This document shows, piece after piece, positions 60,578 through 64,000 of a stretch of DNA of 64,000 nt. Where the stretch lies: contig CAXXNF010000002.1 of assembly GCA_963666365.2 (NCBI GenBank), forward strand, positions 160,001-224,000, read 5' to 3'. A program made the translations under genes and the position numbers. The notes under the pieces were generated by a model. It had not been told where the DNA came from, searched no databases, and saw nothing but the letters and a program-made list of their open reading frames with translations. How positions within the stretch are numbered: position 1 is the first letter of the stretch; the number at the start of each line of letters is the position of its first letter. The DNA is from Syntrophales bacterium (lineage in GTDB: Bacteria; Desulfobacterota; Syntrophia; Syntrophales; UBA2210).

Positions 60578-61036
60578 ATGCTGCGAAAGGCCAAAATAAG
60601 CGATGTAAAACGTATTCACCGGATGATTAACGCAGCAGCGGCGCGGGGGGAAATGCTGCCCCGTTCACTTATGGATCTTTATGGGTTCGTGAGAGATTAT
60701 TTCGTATACTGTGCCGATGACGACGCACCCGTGGTCGGTGTCTGCGCCCTCCATATCTTCTGGGAAAATCTTGCCGAGGTCCGATCCCTTTTTGTCGCCG
60801 AAGAGTACCGGAGAAGGGGTATTGCCACGAAATTGGTAGAAGCCTGCATTTCCGAAGCGATCACCCTCGACCTCTATCGCATTTTTACGCTGACAAATCA
60901 GGTTGAATTTTTCAAAAGCCTCGATTTCTGGGAGGTCGATAAGGCCAGCTTGCCCGAAAAAGTATGGTCTGAATGCATCAAATGTCCCAAGTACCCCGAT
61001 TATTGCGATGAAGTTCCCATGGTTATGGAGCCCTGA
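60578..61036 (+). CDS. GNAT N-acetyltransferase (short ArgA-like amino-acid acetyltransferase)
   Basis: MLPRS, WENLAEVRSL, RRRGIA, FTLT, LPEKVWSEC..CPK...CDE. Confidence 0.85.
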   Translation: MLRKAKISDVKRIHRMINAAAARGEMLPRSLMDLYGFVRDYFVYCADDDAPVVGVCALHIFWENLAEVRSLFVAEEYRRRGIATKLVEACISEAITLDLYRIFTLTNQVEFFKSLDFWEVDKASLPEKVWSECIKCPKYPDYCDEVPMVMEP

Positions 61037-61079
61037 ACGAAAAAGCGGGAACTTTGTCAGGGGCCGCAGCGGGAGGAGT

Positions 61080-62315
61080 ATGATGAATAAGTACAGGCGC
61101 ATCGGTATTCTGTTTTTTTTCGCCCTGTCCATGCTTGGGCTCTTCTGGAGCTGTGCGCCGGTGATGGAGAAGCCGGTGTATGAAAGTGCGGCGCCGGATC
61201 ATCTGGTGCGACTGGTTCAGGAGGAAATACCCCGGGTGGAAGACGATCTCGACGTCGCATCCCTGTTCAGGGCTATCGAACGAAGCCTCGAATACTTCGA
61301 TAGAGTGCCTCAAGACCAGCTTTTCAGATTTGGAAACGATACCTATACCACGGCGGACATGAGGGAGTCCCTGGTCGCATTCCGTGACATTCTTGCCACG
61401 ACCCTCGACAAGGACAGGCTAATGGAGCGTCTGCGAGCACAGTTTCGCGTCTACCAATGCCTCGGTCGCGATGGAGAGGGGGGTGTGCTCTATACGGGAT
61501 ATTACGAACCGGTCCTTGAGGGCTCGAAGTCACGCACTCCGGAATTTTCATATCCGATCTACCGCACTCCCGATGATCATGTGGTGGTTGACCTCGGACG
61601 ATTCCGAAGTAAATACAAGGGCGAGCGCATTATCGCCAGAGTGGACGACGGAAATATTGTACCCTATTACACACGCAGGGACATCGATGTGGTCGGCCAG
61701 CTGGCGGGGAGAGGACTGGAAATTGCCTGGCTGCCCGATCCGGTGGATATTTTTTTTCTTCACATACAGGGTTCTGGAACCATCAGGTTTGTCGATGGAA
61801 GCACAATTCAGGTAAGTTATGCAGAATCCAATGGTCACGCGTACCGAAGCCTGGGCAAGCATCTTGTCGAAGAGGGGAAGATGTCTATCGGAGAAATATC
61901 CCTGGAAGGCATCAAACGATACCTGAGAAGTCATCCCGATGAGATGCTCGATCTCCTTGCCCATAATGAAAGCTATGTTTTTTTCAGAGTTGTCGAAGAA
62001 GGGCCTCGGGGTTCCCTTGATGTACCAGTCACTGCGGGACGTTCCATTGCCACCGATCCCGCCTTTTTTCCGCGGGGTGCGCTGGCGCTTATACGAGTCA
62101 AAAAACCGATCATAAGCGAGGCGGGAGAAATTCATTCATGGGCGCCTTTTACCCGTTTTGTTCTTAATCAGGACGCCGGCGGCGCCATCAAGGGGGCGGG
62201 CAGGGTTGACCTCTTTTGCGGTACAGGCGCAAGGGCCGGAATCATGGCGGGTCACCTCAAGGAGTACGGTGAGCTTTATTTTCTCATGAAAAAGAAAGCC
62301 GCCTCCCGAGAATGA
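61080..62315 (+). CDS. mltA: Membrane-bound lytic transglycosylase MltA
   Basis: Lipoprotein Cys, TGYYEP, FFLHIQGSG, SYVFF, QDAGGAIKGAGRVDLF. Confidence 0.94.
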   Translation: MMNKYRRIGILFFFALSMLGLFWSCAPVMEKPVYESAAPDHLVRLVQEEIPRVEDDLDVASLFRAIERSLEYFDRVPQDQLFRFGNDTYTTADMRESLVAFRDILATTLDKDRLMERLRAQFRVYQCLGRDGEGGVLYTGYYEPVLEGSKSRTPEFSYPIYRTPDDHVVVDLGRFRSKYKGERIIARVDDGNIVPYYTRRDIDVVGQLAGRGLEIAWLPDPVDIFFLHIQGSGTIRFVDGSTIQVSYAESNGHAYRSLGKHLVEEGKMSIGEISLEGIKRYLRSHPDEMLDLLAHNESYVFFRVVEEGPRGSLDVPVTAGRSIATDPAFFPRGALALIRVKKPIISEAGEIHSWAPFTRFVLNQDAGGAIKGAGRVDLFCGTGARAGIMAGHLKEYGELYFLMKKKAASRE

Positions 62316-62337
62316 ATCCCGCTCATTAAAAAAACGC

Positions 62338-62367
62338 TTGACAGTTTCCATGCCTTGTTGTTATAAG
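62338..62367 (+). promoter_or_regulatory. Putative sigma70 promoter of the downstream binding-protein gene
   Basis: TTGACA-N18-TATAAG with extended TG and an upstream A-tract. Confidence 0.5.
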
Positions 62368-62679
62368 TGAGGCCACATGGGGGTTTCTGAGGATGTAAGG
62401 CGTCCCATTTTCATGCAGTGGGATGAATCACGGGCCATGTCGTGTTTTCACAAAACGGATATCTTGTCACATACACCAGCCACAGGCGGGTTCGCTCTCT
62501 GGGAACGAATCTCACCATTTTTTCTGTGTGGGAATCATTGATAGAAAGAGCTTAGAAAGACGGAAGGGTTTTTGCGTTATCTAAGGGGCCATACAATGCA
62601 CCTGGCCTTATAAGCCTGGTGTGGGCATAAATGTGTAAGGCACTTGTAACCTTTAAAGACACTGCAAAGGAGGGAACCT

Positions 62680-63945
62680 ATGAAAAGCAAGGTGTCGATC
62701 CTGTCTATCGTTCTCGTGATTGTCGGCATGGTCTTGTGTGTCGGCCCCCAGTCGGTGTGTGCGAAAGCGCCCATAAAAATTGGTTTTATCGGCGCCCTTT
62801 CGACACCCTACGGTGCAAGCAACAAAGCAGTTCTTGATATCAGTGTGCAGGAGATCAATGAGGCGGGGGGGATACTGGGACACCCGGTGGAACTGGTCAC
62901 GGAGGACTGGAAACGTGAAGTGCCCCTTGCCGTGGCCGCCTATAAGAAATTGGTGATGAAGGACAAGTGCCTTCTCATATTCACTGAGGGCACCGAGGGA
63001 AGCACCGCCTGTGCGCAGGTGGCGACGCGGCTTTATTCGAGCTATCCCCATCTTCAGTTCACCTTCTGGTCCGCTCATGAGGGTCTTACCGACCTGGTGG
63101 CGAATGATTATGAAAAATATAAGTTTCTCTTTCGCGTCTATCCGAGTACCGCCGATACCTACAATCCAAAACTTGAGTTTATAGAATTCTTCAAGAATAC
63201 CGTTGGCGCCAGAAAGCTTGCCCTGCTGATAGAAGATATCGGATGGACGGAGGTGTACCGCAAAGGAAAACCGGGTGTGTATCCGACGCAGAAGGAATAT
63301 TTTGAGAAAAACGGTATTGAAGTAGTATACGAGCAGAATACCGATATTAAAGAAAAAATGTTCCTGCCGATTCTGGAAAAGGTGGCCGCCAGCGGCGCCG
63401 ATACCATCTACTGGATTACCGGTTACAGCGACACAATTACCATCGTGAAACAGTGGGCCCAATCGGCCGCGAAAGACATGGATTTGATTTTCCAGAGCGG
63501 CGCCTGCAGCTATGCGGCCTTCTGGGATATGACGAGCGGTCAGGCGTTGGGTGTAGGCGCCACATGGCCGCAAATCGAAATTCCCTTTACCGACAAGTCG
63601 CGCCCCTTCTTCGATAAACTGAGGGCAAAGAAGGCCGGAATGCTTGCATCCACCTACGGCGCCTATGACGGACTGTGGATACTCAAAGGAGCGGCGGAAA
63701 AAGCAGGCGGTATCGATAATGTCGATACCCTGATAAAGACCCTTGAAACGATCGAGGTGCAGTATGGATTTTGGGTCTGGGCCTTCGACAAACGGCATGA
63801 ACCGAAAAAGGGATATCCCTACCATCCGACAGTGATAGGTCAGTTCCAGAAAGATGGACGATATGTCCTCGTTCATCCTTCAAAGCTGGTACAGATCACC
63901 AATCCCGATGCAAAATATATGCACGTCAAGGATTTACGCAAATAG
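62680..63945 (+). CDS. ABC transporter substrate-binding protein, LivJ/branched-chain type
   Basis: Signal peptide, PIKIGFIG, EINEAGGILG.PVELVTED, AYDG; SD AAGGAGG. Confidence 0.88.
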   Translation: MKSKVSILSIVLVIVGMVLCVGPQSVCAKAPIKIGFIGALSTPYGASNKAVLDISVQEINEAGGILGHPVELVTEDWKREVPLAVAAYKKLVMKDKCLLIFTEGTEGSTACAQVATRLYSSYPHLQFTFWSAHEGLTDLVANDYEKYKFLFRVYPSTADTYNPKLEFIEFFKNTVGARKLALLIEDIGWTEVYRKGKPGVYPTQKEYFEKNGIEVVYEQNTDIKEKMFLPILEKVAASGADTIYWITGYSDTITIVKQWAQSAAKDMDLIFQSGACSYAAFWDMTSGQALGVGATWPQIEIPFTDKSRPFFDKLRAKKAGMLASTYGAYDGLWILKGAAEKAGGIDNVDTLIKTLETIEVQYGFWVWAFDKRHEPKKGYPYHPTVIGQFQKDGRYVLVHPSKLVQITNPDAKYMHVKDLRK

Positions 63946-64000
63946 CACATGCACACGACGAAGCCTGCAGTGAAGAGGGTGTTGTTTCCGTCAAGGGACG

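Noticed and set aside
62653..63876. 407-aa antisense ORF
   Set aside because: Lies opposite a clear LivJ-type gene and has no recognisable motifs; a shadow ORF

Overview
64-kb chromosomal segment of a bacterium whose gene content resembles Desulfobacterota/'deltaproteobacteria', possibly a Syntrophales-like anaerobe (inference from protein families and gene order). Bases 1-18.4 kb are a flagellar cluster: flhA(partial)-flhF-flhG-fliA, an uncharacterised block, a sigma54-driven flgFGAHIJ, a sigma28-driven flgMNKL-csrA-fliW, and an inverted orphan flaG with its own sigma28 promoter. No flagellin is present in the window. The rest is mostly housekeeping and metabolism: OmpA lipoprotein, DUF481, acyl-CoA ligase, SDR, recO, mgtE, pyrRBC, mazG-queA-tgt-yajC-secDF-lepB, biotin carrier, a hydantoinase-A/HDAC/CMD operon, gdhA, YajD HNH, a CoA-ligase alpha subunit, two LivJ-type binding proteins, a PsiD-like decarboxylase, nadE, trxC, ybaK, acyl-CoA dehydrogenase-etfBA, an XRE-like HTH, split RdgC, a TeaABC-like TRAP transporter, nadK, recN, a GNAT and mltA. 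No rRNA, tRNA, CRISPR array or transposase was recognised. The best leads are (1) a sensor-less histidine kinase homologue with a degenerate ATP-binding domain inside the flagellar operon, (2) a translationally coupled hydantoinase-A + HDAC pair lacking a B subunit, and (3) short heptamer and nonamer repeat elements placed right at stop codons. All calls come from reading motifs by eye; no database searches were run.
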